Source: Balanoglossus misakiensis (taxonomy: Eukaryota > Animalia > Hemichordata). From it: a stretch of DNA of 64,000 nucleotides. Under the pieces are notes generated by a model. The model was not told where the DNA came from and did not search any database. It saw nothing but the letters and a program-made list of their open reading frames with translations. Numbering within the stretch: the first letter of the stretch is position 1; each line of letters opens with the position of its first letter. This document shows positions 39,901 through 51,015 of the stretch, in pieces. The position numbers and the translations under genes were made by a program. The stretch is taken from NCBI GenBank assembly GCA_040954595.2, contig CM082591.2:62001-126000 (forward strand), given 5' to 3'.

Positions 39901-40965
39901 CCACGTTTCCTAATTTGTAACCTAGCATGTGCTGATTTCTTCATGGCTATCTACTTGGGTTTCCTGGCCATCATCGATGCATCAACTCTGGGTGATTTCA
40001 AGCAGTATGCTGTTACTTGGCAGAATAGTTCTGGATGCCAGATAGCTGGCTTTCTAGCTGTACTCTCCAGTGAGTTATCTGTATACACCCTGGCTGTTAT
40101 CACCATGGAGCGACACTACGCCATCACACATGCCATGCATCTGAACAAACGTCTAACTCTGAAAACAGCCTGTCTGGTAATGGCAGGTGGTTGGTTGCTA
40201 GCATTGCTGTGTTCTACTTTCCCCTTGGTGGGTTTCAGTAGTTACTCCAAATTTGCTGTTTGTTTGCCGTTTGAAACTGGCAATGCTAAGTCACTTGGAT
40301 ATGTCATGGCCATCATGACCCTTAATGCTCTTGCCTTTTGTATCATAGTTGGTTGCTACATGAAAATGTACTGTTCCATTCGTGGTTCACAAGCATGGAA
40401 CTCAAATGATTCCCGAGTTGCCAAAAGAATGGCTTTATTAGTTTTTACAGACTTTGCCTGTTGGGCACCCATTGCTTTTTTCAGTTTGACGTCAATGTTT
40501 CATCTTCCCTTGATCTCAGTCAATGGTGCCAAAGTTTTAACTATTTTCATTCTGCCAATGAACTCATGTGCCAACCCATTCCTCTACGCCATCTTCACCA
40601 AACAATTTAAGAAGGATTGTACCATGATTTGTCGACGACTGGAAGAGAGATCAACGCTATCAACACGAAGTCTGATCAAACTAAACAACAGCAGACATCA
40701 GCATTCATCAAGTGGGTTGTCATCACGTCAAGCCTCTGTGGCAGAGAAGGGACGAAATTCTCTTAGCTGTAGTAATGGCGTTCCAGCCGACTGCTATCAA
40801 CAGCTGATTGGTGTCAAGGCCAACAATAAAGACTACACAGGAACTGATGAAAAACCAGAAAATGGACAAAACCAACTCCTCTTGGATAAGAAAAATTTTG
40901 GAGACATTCCATTAGTAGCACAGCAAAAAGAATGTAATTTAACAGATTCAGATAGAGAGTGGTGA
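161..40965 (+). CDS. LGR4/5/6-like (rk): Type B leucine-rich repeat GPCR (bursicon receptor/rickets-like; LGR4/5/6 family), 16 coding exons, about 1009 aa
   Basis: join(161..393,12610..12681,32129..32200,33203..33274,34543..34758,34973..35044,35753..35821,36407..36550,36723..36791,37037..37108,37389..37454,37823..37966,38334..38405,38678..38958,39248..39421,39764..40965) = 3030 nt, open frame. Introns 1-13 are phase 2 GT-AG and introns 14-15 are phase 1. Motifs: LRRNT, LRRs, YAYHCC hinge, [42 protein letters not shown]. Confidence 0.95.
12610..12681 (+). CDS. LGR exon 2 (72 nt, 1 LRR)
   Basis: cag|a [24 protein letters not shown] |gtaagt. Confidence 0.93.
12797..13004. repeat. Compound (GAT)n/(GGT)n microsatellite with a 57-bp duplicated unit
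   Basis: GGTAGTGGTGGTGGCAAC occurs at 12834 and 12891 within GAT runs. Confidence 0.95.
13182..13624 (+). mobile_element. Decayed pogo-family (Tc1/mariner superfamily, DDE_1) transposase, C-terminal fragment
   Basis: Translation across two frameshifts and one stop: [111 protein letters not shown] plus an acidic tail. Matches the pogo pattern IPGGxTSxLQPLDVxxNKPFK...WVxxAW...SFxKCGISNxLDGxEDD. Confidence 0.88.
25373..25600 (+). mobile_element. Non-autonomous Helentron/MITE-like repeat remnant
   Basis: ttagtcccc head, then a TCCA/GTGT/TCTG microsatellite, then 'ttcattcaaatttcatacaag'. This layout resembles microsatellite-bearing elements of marine invertebrates (pattern recall only). Confidence 0.5.
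28120..28520 (+). mobile_element. Helentron/MITE-like remnant with internal repeat units
   Basis: 'agccattact..gac.t.tctgaact' occurs near 28203 and 28334, with a third 'tgcctgaacc' near 28481; preceded by TCTG/TGTG microsatellite. Confidence 0.45.
32129..32200 (+). CDS. LGR exon 3 (72 nt, 1 LRR)
   Basis: cag|g [24 protein letters not shown] |gtaagt. Confidence 0.93.
33203..33274 (+). CDS. LGR exon 4 (72 nt, 1 LRR)
   Basis: cag|a [24 protein letters not shown] |gtaagt. Confidence 0.93.
34543..34758 (+). CDS. LGR exon 5 (216 nt, 3 LRRs)
   Basis: cag|g [72 protein letters not shown] |gtaagt. Confidence 0.95.
34973..35044 (+). CDS. LGR exon 6 (72 nt)
   Basis: cag|a [24 protein letters not shown] |gtaagt. 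Confidence 0.93.
35310..35330 (+). promoter_or_regulatory. CTCF-like motif overlapping a YY1-like motif in intron 6
   Basis: ACACTAGAGGGCGCCATTTT. Confidence 0.35.
35753..35821 (+). CDS. LGR exon 7 (69 nt)
   Basis: cag|a [23 protein letters not shown] |gtaagt. Confidence 0.93.
36407..36550 (+). CDS. LGR exon 8 (144 nt, 2 LRRs)
   Basis: tag|g [48 protein letters not shown] |gtgagt. Confidence 0.93.
36723..36791 (+). CDS. LGR exon 9 (69 nt)
   Basis: tag|g [23 protein letters not shown] |gtaagt; FPDLTG is typical of type B LGRs. Confidence 0.93.
36837..36909. repeat. (TTGG)n-(TTGA)n tetranucleotide microsatellite
   Basis: Directly visible in intron 9. Confidence 0.95.
37037..37108 (+). CDS. 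LGR exon 10 (72 nt)
   Basis: cag|c [24 protein letters not shown] |gtaagt. Confidence 0.93.
37389..37454 (+). CDS. LGR exon 11 (66 nt)
   Basis: cag|g [22 protein letters not shown] |gtaagt. Confidence 0.92.
37823..37966 (+). CDS. LGR exon 12 (144 nt, 2 LRRs)
   Basis: cag|a [48 protein letters not shown] |gtacgt. Confidence 0.92.
38334..38405 (+). CDS. LGR exon 13 (72 nt)
   Basis: cag|g [24 protein letters not shown] |gtaagt. Confidence 0.93.
38678..38958 (+). CDS. LGR exon 14: last LRRs + start of hinge
   Basis: cag|g [18 protein letters not shown]...[10 protein letters not shown]...WTRAIWG; ends at GAG|GCAAGT (GC donor, phase 1). An in-frame GT donor also exists after 38922, so the 3' edge is uncertain. 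Confidence 0.85.
39248..39421 (+). CDS. LGR exon 15: acidic hinge (174 nt)
   Basis: cag|aa [23 protein letters not shown]...[11 protein letters not shown]|gtattc, phase 1-1. Confidence 0.88.
39764..40965 (+). CDS. LGR exon 16: 7TM domain + C-terminal tail
   Basis: tag|ga [19 protein letters not shown]...[19 protein letters not shown]...[20 protein letters not shown]...DREW*; overlaps ORF 39787..40965. Confidence 0.97.
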
Positions 40966-43744
40966 GATCTCTACTATTGTAAATTATTTATGAATACTAT
41001 AATGTTATTGTATTTTTATTTGTAAATTTTATGAATCTTTGATATTTTTATGAGTGCAGACAGAAATATGTCCATTTTACAAATTGTAGATTTTGACTAT
41101 AATACATTTAGCAGTGATAATCCACATAAGCATTGTTTGTACAAGGAAAACTTCTCGGATAGACGGGTATTATTTTTTTTATTACAATTTTTATTTATCA
41201 CAAATGTTAAAACAAGGAATAGAGTTTTTAGGAGTGCAATGGTTAGTCTATCACTTTGCTTTGTATGAAATTCTAATATGCTTACATGTCCAAAACACAC
41301 ACAGAAGCAAAGTATTCATTTGTTTCACTCATAGAAGGATATCCTTAAAAAGTCCAGCAAAATGTTACAGTAAATAACTGCAATCGAAATCAATAAAAAA
41401 GATTTAAAACACAACACCATTACTTCAGAATTTGGGAAATTATCATCTCTCTTCAGAAAGTGTGTGGTTCACAATAGTCATAATCTCCTTACATGAGCGA
41501 CATACATTCTTACATGTACAAAGAATTTTCTTTCAAGGAATTTGAATTCCTCATTTTGGACGTGGATGTCAAATGATTAGTCTGTTTAAGTGTGTAATTA
41601 TAAACTTAACAGCAATTAAACATTTACAAGCCCAATTGGAATGGCAGTGTTGTTGTTTCACATTGCAAGATTTTCAAGGCAAATATATACTTATATACTG
41701 AGGTAGCTTATGAAGTCAGTAAGCGCAGTTTGACATAACTTTCATCTGGCAAACTACTTCCATTACCTCTCTGATGAACTACTTCTCTCAATTTTCTGTG
41801 CACATGCAGCGACAGTCAAAGTAATGTTGTTGGTTTGGCGTGGGTAGTATCAATAGAAAGAGATGCTAAAGCATGTTCATTGTTCTTGCTGAGGTAGATA
41901 CTTGCTTCTGTTATTAGTGTGTACCCCTTCACTGTAAAAACTCAACAAATTCCAACAATCAGGAGAAGCTTCAAGCAACTTTGTTCTCTACGATCTGAGT
42001 GTTCACTGCATCTCCACTGAAAGAGCTACAGTGTCGGTGAAATATATATCGATCATCTTTTGAACATCAATAATCTGACAGTATTTCATATCAGCCTAGG
42101 CAATGCACACACACTTCAAAATACCATCACTTTCGTTTTTGTCAGTTTTCATTATTTCCTGCACTTAGTGTTTACACAAGTACTTTGCCACCACCATGCC
42201 ACTACAAATGTCTTTCAAATGTATATATTACAACATGATTGTAGCTTTGTGTGCATGTATTTACAACATGATACTAGCTGTGTGTGTGAACGTTTGCAAA
42301 TTTCAAAATACAATGTATTAATGCAGTATTATCTCTCAGCCTACCTTGCTCATATATTTATTAAAAGTGCCTAGACAATGAATTTATCACTGGTGTGCTA
42401 ATGCTATGTGGACATTGTTATTTGTATGACATGATTTTGAAGAGATTAAGATTGTGTTCCATAATGAGAATACAATTCAGTTTGGCTTGCCCATTCCCTT
42501 TATGTGCAATTTAATGCACAGTTTTGAATAAGATGTACAGTACTGGCTTATGCGTTTTAACTTTAACTTCAGCTGTTTAAAGAATGAAATGCAAAGTCAT
42601 CAAGTGTCACTATTGATGGGAGGGACATGATTTTTGTCTTGTCATATGCCATCAATCCGCAGCAGGAGGTACATTGGCTTTGTTTGGTATAACTTTGTGC
42701 CCTTATTGTTGCCTGAAACATCACATTAAACTGGTGGCTCAATGAATAAAAAAATTGGCAGCTAATAATGATTGAAAGAAATAACAACTTCATATATGTG
42801 TCAAGGTTGAGATCCTTGACTGTTTGCTATGAACAACAAATTACGGTACAAATAATATTTTAGATATTAATGAACATGAAATATGACTTATCCCGAAATT
42901 ATAACCTAGCATGTAATATTATTGGATTAAATTGTTTCATGCTACAATCCAACATGGTTGTTGGCCATGAATAACATTTATCATGTATATTTTACCTTGA
43001 ACTTTAAAATGTGGATGGGTATGATCACAATTATTGACATCAAGCATGTTATTCAATATTTATCAAGTTTATGTCAATATTTTCAAACTGTATATATTCA
43101 CCTGAAATACTCCAGGGTCTATGTTTGAACCCAACCAACCCTATTTACATGTACATAGAGGCATACATATTAGTAATGTTGAAAAGAATTGGGTTGGAAC
43201 TAGAGCCAAAAAAGGTGTCGAGAAGGAAACCTTTAGGAAAAAGCCATTTATAGTTTTAATGGTCTGATATGTTGCAAACTAAAGAGATAAATGAGTGTCA
43301 CTCATTGAGAAAAAGGAGAATTTTGCTGGCATCTCGCAACAAGTAAAGTCAACAGCTGTTCATATCTGAATATGTTTGGAACCTGTATTAGCATCGTCAG
43401 GTTATTGGGACCTCTCTGTTTTTATCTAAATACTTAATTTAAAAAGTAATGCAGTAAAACCTGTCTAAATTGAACCCTGTCTAATCTAGAAACCTAACTA
43501 TATCCAACACATTATCCTGTCCCTTTGACATCGAACCACATGTTCCTCTGCAAGCTGAACAATTTCTTCAGTCCCTTTGGTGTTTGGTCTCAATATTCCT
43601 GTTTCTGTTTTTCTTCTACTTGAGTTGTGGAATGGCAGACATAGTTTTCAAGTTGTGTATAGCAAGAGTACATGTATTGTTTAATATGTTCATATTTTAC
43701 TTAATCCTTTTATTCCGAGTCGTGTAACTATATATATTTATATT

Positions 43745-44184
43745 TATTATACCTCGCACACACCCGTTCTCGTGATTGGCTGAGATGTGCTTAAATGATA
43801 TGAAATTTTAAAAAATGATATATCACGTGACTGGGAAGATAACCTGTCACGTGCAGTACGTGATATTGCCCAAACAGGCAGTCTTGAGCTGGAATTCTCA
43901 ATGTACACACTTTTCATTTTAAATGCACTATGAACTCTCTCCATGATTGCTTACTAAAACATTCTTTAGCATAATTACAAATTTACAGAGATTCCTTCTT
44001 ACACAGTTATTCATGTATATTCAAATTTTCAATGTACTAAAAAAAAAAAAAAAAACATAATGATTTTTTTAGCCTCTCCATGGGTTGGTGATTTTTGACC
44101 ATAATTGATGATATCTTCGACTTTGGGCGAGGCATCGTCAGTATTTAGGTCAGAGATCACCATCCTTCATGCAGGCTACAAAAT
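43745..44184. mobile_element. Probable non-autonomous DNA element with a long terminal hairpin
   Basis: CpG-richer insert (gattggctga, two CACGTG) ending in an imperfect inverted repeat, 44064-44113 vs 44133-44184. Confidence 0.5.
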
Positions 44185-44369
44185 GTGAAATTGTCATTGC
44201 TACTGTTTTATTATTATTATTATTTAAATATACAAAGTGTGTGTGTATTTCTATATTACAAAAAAATGGTGGTTGAATAATTTCCTATATACATTCATTT
44301 CCAGTAGAGCTATATAGAGTACAGCTTTGTTCAAACATTCAGCAAATTCAGTGTTGATATAAAAGAAAC

Positions 44370-44440
44370 GAACCCCCCCCCATGTTGGGTGATCCTACCT
44401 GAAAATCCCCCCCCCCCCTAGAATTCTGAACAGTCCCTTA
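44370..44440 (-). mobile_element. MITE terminus (PIF/Harbinger-like)
   Basis: Reverse strand reads TAA-GGGACTGTTCAGAATTCTA-(G)n; partner end not found. Confidence 0.3.
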
Positions 44441-44995
44441 GTTTCAAAACTATTTTTCACAATTATTTTCTGGTGGAGAATAGCAGAATTATTTTTGATT
44501 TATTGTGTGCATTTGTATATTCCTCTTGTATCCTGTTAAATTAAAACATGTTATTTGCCAATTTCCACCGTTTTTGGAAATAAAGTATATTTTTGTGCAA
44601 TGGTAAAAGAATACCAAAGATGTAGATATGTTGGCAGAATCCTATATTAAAGAACATACTTTTATTTTTGTCGTGGACGTGAATGATGAACAGTTTCGCA
44701 AACTGGTTTTGTGAATTGTGTAAAATTTTCATTCTTAATGTGAAATTAATGTAGTTTTCTGAATTTGGTAGTATAATTTTGCATGTTTCAATGACAATAA
44801 AATAAATGTTGCACCCTCTTTCAATGGTCTTTTTTTCTTGTTAATTATGAGAAAACTCCAGGGTCCCCTGATGATGAGAATACAGAACTACCTAAGAAAC
44901 TCAATGGTTTATTTGATTGCATTGATAAAAATAACATCCATGTATTATTCACAGAACTGTTCATCAATGTGTTACTAAGGCAGCGCGCAATGCTC

Positions 44996-45020
44996 CAGCT
45001 GAGGTCACAGGTCACAGCTG
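44996..45020 (+). promoter_or_regulatory. Perfect DR1 nuclear-receptor element between two E-boxes
   Basis: CAGCTG-AGGTCA-C-AGGTCA-CAGCTG. Confidence 0.45.
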
Positions 45021-48000
45021 GGGTGAAATTTGTTATAGCACCACCTTGCGGTGATTTGTCGGATTGGCTTTACCGTTTGTTCTTATCCCCACCACCATTT
45101 CAGCCTGCAACAATTTCTTCGTCGTCGTAGTTTTTGCCGAATGGCAGAAGCCTTGTCATTGTCAAATATTTGCCCTACAAATTGCAAGAATGCGTTCAAA
45201 AGAATATCAATAGTTTAGGAGGTTAAAACGTTTACAGAGGAATGAAAATTGCATTTTCCGGTTGTAAAAACAAGTGTTTTACTTGTTGAAACAATCCATT
45301 ACAGTTTACTGCTGCTGTAACACAGCACGTCACTGGATGTGAACTATTGTGGGTGTTAAAAAACCTTTACAGTTTATTGGTGTTTTAACATAGAAAACTA
45401 ATGCAGCGTGCACAAGTGGTCATAAACGAACATAACCAAACTTCCTGAACGTTTTAATGGAATCGTGGGTGTTTAATAAAAAGCTACTAATCACAAAATT
45501 ATCGACTCAAACAATTAGGCTCTATTAGTAACTGAACAGTATGTGAACTATTTAATCCTGGCAAAACGTTTTTTTTATGTTGAGGTAGTCCGCCAGATGG
45601 AATGCTAGCTTCATAAATGCTTGAAAGCAAATTGTGTTGAATCTATAATTTCAGCCCTAAATATGAATATCCACCCCACATCAACACAGAATGTGTGATT
45701 GTTTACATCATGTTTGTTCAAGCGAAAATCGAGTTATAACACTGATTGAACCGACTGAAATTTGTCATAAAAACCAGCGCATGGATAACATTGTTCTACC
45801 AACAAACCACATCCATGGTACAGACTTTGCTAGTGCACCCCATTTATTTGTAAAAAAAATAAATCAAAGAGAGATTGCTATGAAGTTAAGGCATGCGGAA
45901 ACATCGAATTGCTGTATTAACGGCTATATTATTTGTTACAACACCTTAATGACGTCACTACATTTTGAACTTTCGGTTTGATGTAAATTGGATAATAAAC
46001 GGGACAGATTATTTCCACAAAGTGTTGACATTGGTCAGGAGACCATTGGCCTTAATAAATCATATATTCTTTCTTACAAAATGTGTGAAAACCTACTTAG
46101 ATCATATCACGGTTGTTTTCAATAACAGGTACAAATCTAAATTAAGATGATCGCCGATACATGTATCTCACTAAAATTAAATATCACTCAATTTACCAGA
46201 TGAACCCACAAAGATATTTTTAAAGCGTTCTGTACCAAAATAAGTACGATGACGTCACTAAATCCATAATTAGCACACGGGAAAACATTTGCGTATCAAC
46301 TCGTGGTAACATCTGTACAAACATGGGAAAAGGAAACTATCTGAAAATGGACCTTTGTCAATTATCGATCTTTTGTTAAAGCGAATTGGTGGAAATGCTC
46401 GCTATCACCATGGTAACACCTAGATCAAATTTAGATCATATAGTAAACACAGAAGAGAACATTTGACTGAAGTTGTAAGATTCTGTCAGAAGCCCCCAGA
46501 TAATGGTTGAATGAAGCTATAAAATAAGAATTATGGCCTTTGAACAACTGCATGAGGAATAAAAAAAACACTGCGCGCAAATCTCTGGTTTCTACCTCTG
46601 TCAGTCATAGCAAGACGCAACACCACACAAAACATTCCTGGCTAAATATATTTGCAGTCATCACTGTGTCTATTTTCTTGCTCATGTGAAGGGAGATTTT
46701 TTTATTTTAAACTGTCAGTTAATAATCATTGTTTGGAGTGGGGTGTCTTCATGACACAATTCTGTCTCTGTCTCTGTCTCTCTGTCTCTCTGTTTGTCTC
46801 TCGTGTTCAAATATAGCTCACACCTGAAATGCACACACCAATCAGGTAGCCTGCACTCAATGAAAGTGCAGTGTCACTCGGGCAGTGGGGTTCTTGAGTT
46901 CACGCTGAGTACTAACGCTTGCCTCCAATAATCCTTCCGTAATACACCTTGGATGAGACTTTAGGGACCATAGAATATGGCTTTCAAGTCAGTAAATTGA
47001 AAATTGACTCGTGGTTCATGTATATCATTCAAGAAATGTTATATGCCAAATGTAGCGTATTTTTATGGCATATGTCCATGCTCTGCGGAAAGTTATGAGC
47101 ATCAGTTTGGAAATAATCTACATATCTTATGCTTGTCATCAGAATCGACGGGAATCTTTCTTCCTCGGCTGTTCCTATCGCTTTCGGCTTCATTTTTTTC
47201 AAGAAAATGAGTAGAATTTACAGCCACATGGATATCTTCAAACTGTTGTGCTTGACTCGTTAACCATAGTGAACATACCATACCTCATTCATGACTGTAA
47301 AAATCGATTTTTCGACCACTGATTCTCTTTGACGATCGTTGTGCTTATTGAGAGGAAAACAGAGATATCACGGAAGAGGTCTTATCACAACACGCCATGA
47401 ATCGTGTTCGATCGGTCTCTCTGAAACCAAAACCAAATCGTGACTATTTTTTATCGCGCCAATCAGTTTCAAGTTTAAGTACACTCTATAGTGCCAAGTG
47501 TTTTGTTTTATAGTGGAGTTATGACGTCATTCATTTCCATTACCATCCACAAAGTGCTCAAACATATGCATACGAACTCATACACACAGCCATCTCTCAC
47601 ACACAAATGCATGCCGCACGTACGTACATACGCTTGAACACACATGGTGATTAAAAAAGCTCAAGCTTGAAATGTCCTTGTGTGTTCTAGTTGTTAAAAT
47701 GATTTTAAATCTTGAATCTAAAAATCAGAGAACTAAAATTTTCAATGTTTCTGAAAGTACATGTACTTTATTTCATTACTTTAAACGCCCTCACAGTTTT
47801 ATATTGGGATATTGCATGGTTCAATGAATTGAGAGATTAGGGCTAATCGGCTTTGAATACAAAATACTGAGTTAGGTGTGCACGCGAAAGAATTGATTGG
47901 CAAGACCTCGATACGTGAACCATTGTACATCGGATGTCTTTTACTGTATGCACTGAATGATCTACTTTCAATATTTTAACGTTTTATTAATAACATGACA

Positions 48001-49564
48001 AGAGTTTCAGGCAAAAATGATTAAAATTAAAATTATTATTTTGTCGAAGTCAGATTTATTCTCACAAAAGTTACCACATGTTGGCTACGTGACATGTAAA
48101 TTAATGCAAGAAGGAAATAGGCACACACAATGTGAGGTGAGAATTGATTTCGTAGCAAGGAAACTGATGATTTTATTATATAGAGTCTAAATTACTTAAC
48201 AGCTCTTGTATTCTGTATATTTGAATATGGAGTAATCTAAGTAGTAAAGAGAGGCGACGTTATCCTCTGAAAGTTAAAGTAGTTTTTCATCAAAGCCATT
48301 AATGTCTCTTTTACAGTGTGTAAGACCTGAGAGCAGCTAATTTCCCTTACGACATTGATCCTAATGACTTAAAGTAGAAAGTCTAATTCATCTGCTTATT
48401 GGTAACCATCTTTTTGTTGTTGAAGAAATTCGAATTGTATGTCGCTTTGCTTCTGCACAGTTTGCATTAATTTTGTATCCCTTTGAGATGGAGTTTGTGC
48501 AGTGTATAATACTATCCAATCTATACAGAACACTTTGAAAAAAATGTGCATTTATTCAAGGTATGATCCTGTACACAGAAATACTCACTTCAATCAATAA
48601 GTTGTGGTATTGCCATCTTAATCATCTTCTTGTATTGTAAATTGTGTTGCCATAGTTACAGTTAACATGTTCAATCCTGTGCCATTTTACCACTATCAGT
48701 TGCATCAGTGCAACTTGATGGAGTGTATGCGTTACATGTATTGTATGTATTTTGATTGACTCAGCATTTTCCTTCACCACTAAATGACCGTGAGTTATGG
48801 CTCACTGTGTATTAAAGTAGGCTATTTAATTGTAAAGTGAGAAATGTGTTGGATAAAATTAGACCTACACTTTATCCCCGTGAAACTTTTTAAATAACGT
48901 TTCAAAACATCAACTCAAAAATGCACATGATGTTTGTTGTCAACACAAGGGAGCCCTGTCAACATAATGCATAAAAGTTACACATTGATTGGTATAAGGC
49001 TTTTAAACATGACTGCAGCAACGACGATGCCTTTCAGTTTCATCTATGGGATTTGCGTGACCCTGACGTCATCACTTCGTTTTAATAAGCACTATGTGGT
49101 TCGGTCGTTAAAATTACCCTACGTCACAATCCAACAAATGCATAGGAGGTTAGATTGGTAAACCACTCACTTTTGAAGGACGTATGAAAGACAAACCCTA
49201 AGACTTGTATGACTTTTCACGAACCTATTTCATGTGTTGCGTTGGTTGTATCTGTCACGAGGTCATCATGTTTATCATTATTAGAAAAAGCCGGGCCGTT
49301 AAGTGATCTCACGAATGAAAATACATGGGTGAAGCAATATCAGTATTTGTTCACCATGGCAACTCAACCCGAGGACGGCAAATTAATTTTTTCACACAAC
49401 AATATCACTTATTGCTTATCCATTTTCCTGATAATGGCACTTATTACACTTCTAATGCCGTAATCCATGGAGTTTAATTATGGGCAAAATGGGATTTTAA
49501 AGAAAAGAGATCTTGTAACATCTGTGATGGGGTTACAATGTTGTGGCGCACAGAGCTTTTACAA

Positions 49565-49670
49565 TTAGCGGGCAGATATGATTGGCATTTGTGACGTCAC
49601 AACACCAGTGGCACAACGACTTGGCGGGGGAAAAAACAGTCGCGAATCACGTTGTCTGAATCGGATCGAG
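49565..49670. promoter_or_regulatory. Promoter-like motif cluster
   Basis: ATTGG (reverse CCAAT), GTGACGTCAC (CRE), TTGGCGGG (E2F-like) and TCGCGA within about 80 bp of CpG-rich sequence. Confidence 0.35.
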
Positions 49671-50039
49671 ACTTAAACACGCATCATCTGTTTTTAGATT
49701 AAAACTTCATTTGGTTAAATGTCAGGCATTGTATCGCAAAGTGCCTTAATTCAGTTCGTTATATATGTATAATGCAGACATGAGCGTGATCTTCCGGCTA
49801 AAACGGGAGTAACTTGCACAACCTTGAAAGCAAGAACAGGTTAATATACGAGTCTGATTTTGAAACAAATAGCTGATAAGGCCAATTTCTATTCACATAA
49901 GGAGAAAATGCTTACACATTTCATATTTTCTTTTCTTTCTGATTTTACCACAAAGAGTTTTGCATGGTCCTTGTTCAGACTGGTACAGGATGGTACTGTA
50001 CGAACTGTGATCAGTGGAAAATACGATATCATATTATTG

Positions 50040-51015
50040 TACTTTTGTCAGAAAGTTTGTGGAATAGACGTTATTTTTTCATTTCATTGAAAACAATAGC
50101 GAAAAGTCTGTTAATGAATCTTAGTCTTTCAGTCATGTCCGGAACGTACATCATTCATCCTTCATCCTATAGTTCCTGTCCGTAAATAAACCAAATAGTA
50201 ACATCCAATCCTGTGTCTGCCATCAACGTTGATGCCCTGCGGTGGGTCCAAATACAAACGATACCCAAGAGAAATGATGGAGTCATGTGACCCTGCTTCA
50301 ATTGGGACAAGTAGCATGTATATCACTTTTGCTACTGGATACTACAAAATCTTATTTATTGGCAATTTTGCCATGGAGATAAATATCGACTTGGAATTCG
50401 ACTTGAATTTTGCCACGAGTGTATATCATCTAACAGACCTGACACGATTACAATCCCCTAAACGACGCCCTGCAATTCACTTAGGGCAATATTTCTTTGT
50501 TTACATCACCTGACCGACACTCTGTTAGTACTCAATAAGTTATTTGTTTATTTCCGCATGTACTTTGGAAGAATTTGCTAGAAATGTCTGTGTTGCTAGT
50601 GACATTTGTTCTCCCTGTGAAGGAAGAAACACGGTTCTGATTTAGTGTGTGCACATCCTTAAGAGACAATAAGCTTGAACACGACCCATTTGGATATCTA
50701 CTATCATTTGCATTCATCAAAACCATCAATAATATTTACGACCTAAAGAGGGTATGCTGGCATCACGCTTCTTATATACATTCCACGGATCAACGTCATA
50801 CGTTGACATGGATTTAGGTTATTTCAAAATTTATCCTGAACCAGTTTTGGCGGAATGGGACTCGAATAGACAATGGATTGATAGTCTAGGCTTATCAATT
50901 GCAGCTTGTACAATTCACAACGCACACATGATAAGCGCATCATCCCACATGACACCAACTTGAACTTGCAGACAAAACGCTCAATTTTCCTTCCCTGAAA
51001 TTGTAACCACATGAC
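50040..51015 (-). pseudogene. Heavily degraded NACHT (NLR-like) NTPase relic
   Basis: Minus strand, in the expected order: VVTISG..GK..FC.KLVS (Walker A-like, about 50950-51010); VVNIIDGFDECK (Walker B, IIDGFDECK at 50707-50733); LSMAKLPIN (about 50350-50380); DSIISLG; LFHKL (about 50055-50067). Many stops and frameshifts. Confidence 0.5.

Larger units (their letters stand above)
40966..44830 (+). other. Putative 3' UTR with several polyadenylation signals
   Basis: AATAAA at 41392, 42745 and a doubled signal at 44796-44806 followed by T-rich sequence; CpG depletion continues to about 44.9 kb. True end unknown. Confidence 0.45.

Noticed and set aside
39787-40965. 392-aa ORF as a stand-alone single-exon GPCR
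   Set aside because: It starts at TTG inside exon 16; the acceptor at 39763 joins it in frame to the hinge exons
699-44420. Poly-G/poly-C runs (about 699, 3597, 7419, 20183, 22892, 44407)
   Set aside because: Homopolymers typical of MITE remnants or slippage; no evidence of function
41699-45590. TGAGGTAG (let-7 5' end) at about 41699, 41890 and 45581
   Set aside because: Following bases do not match let-7 and no precursor hairpin is evident
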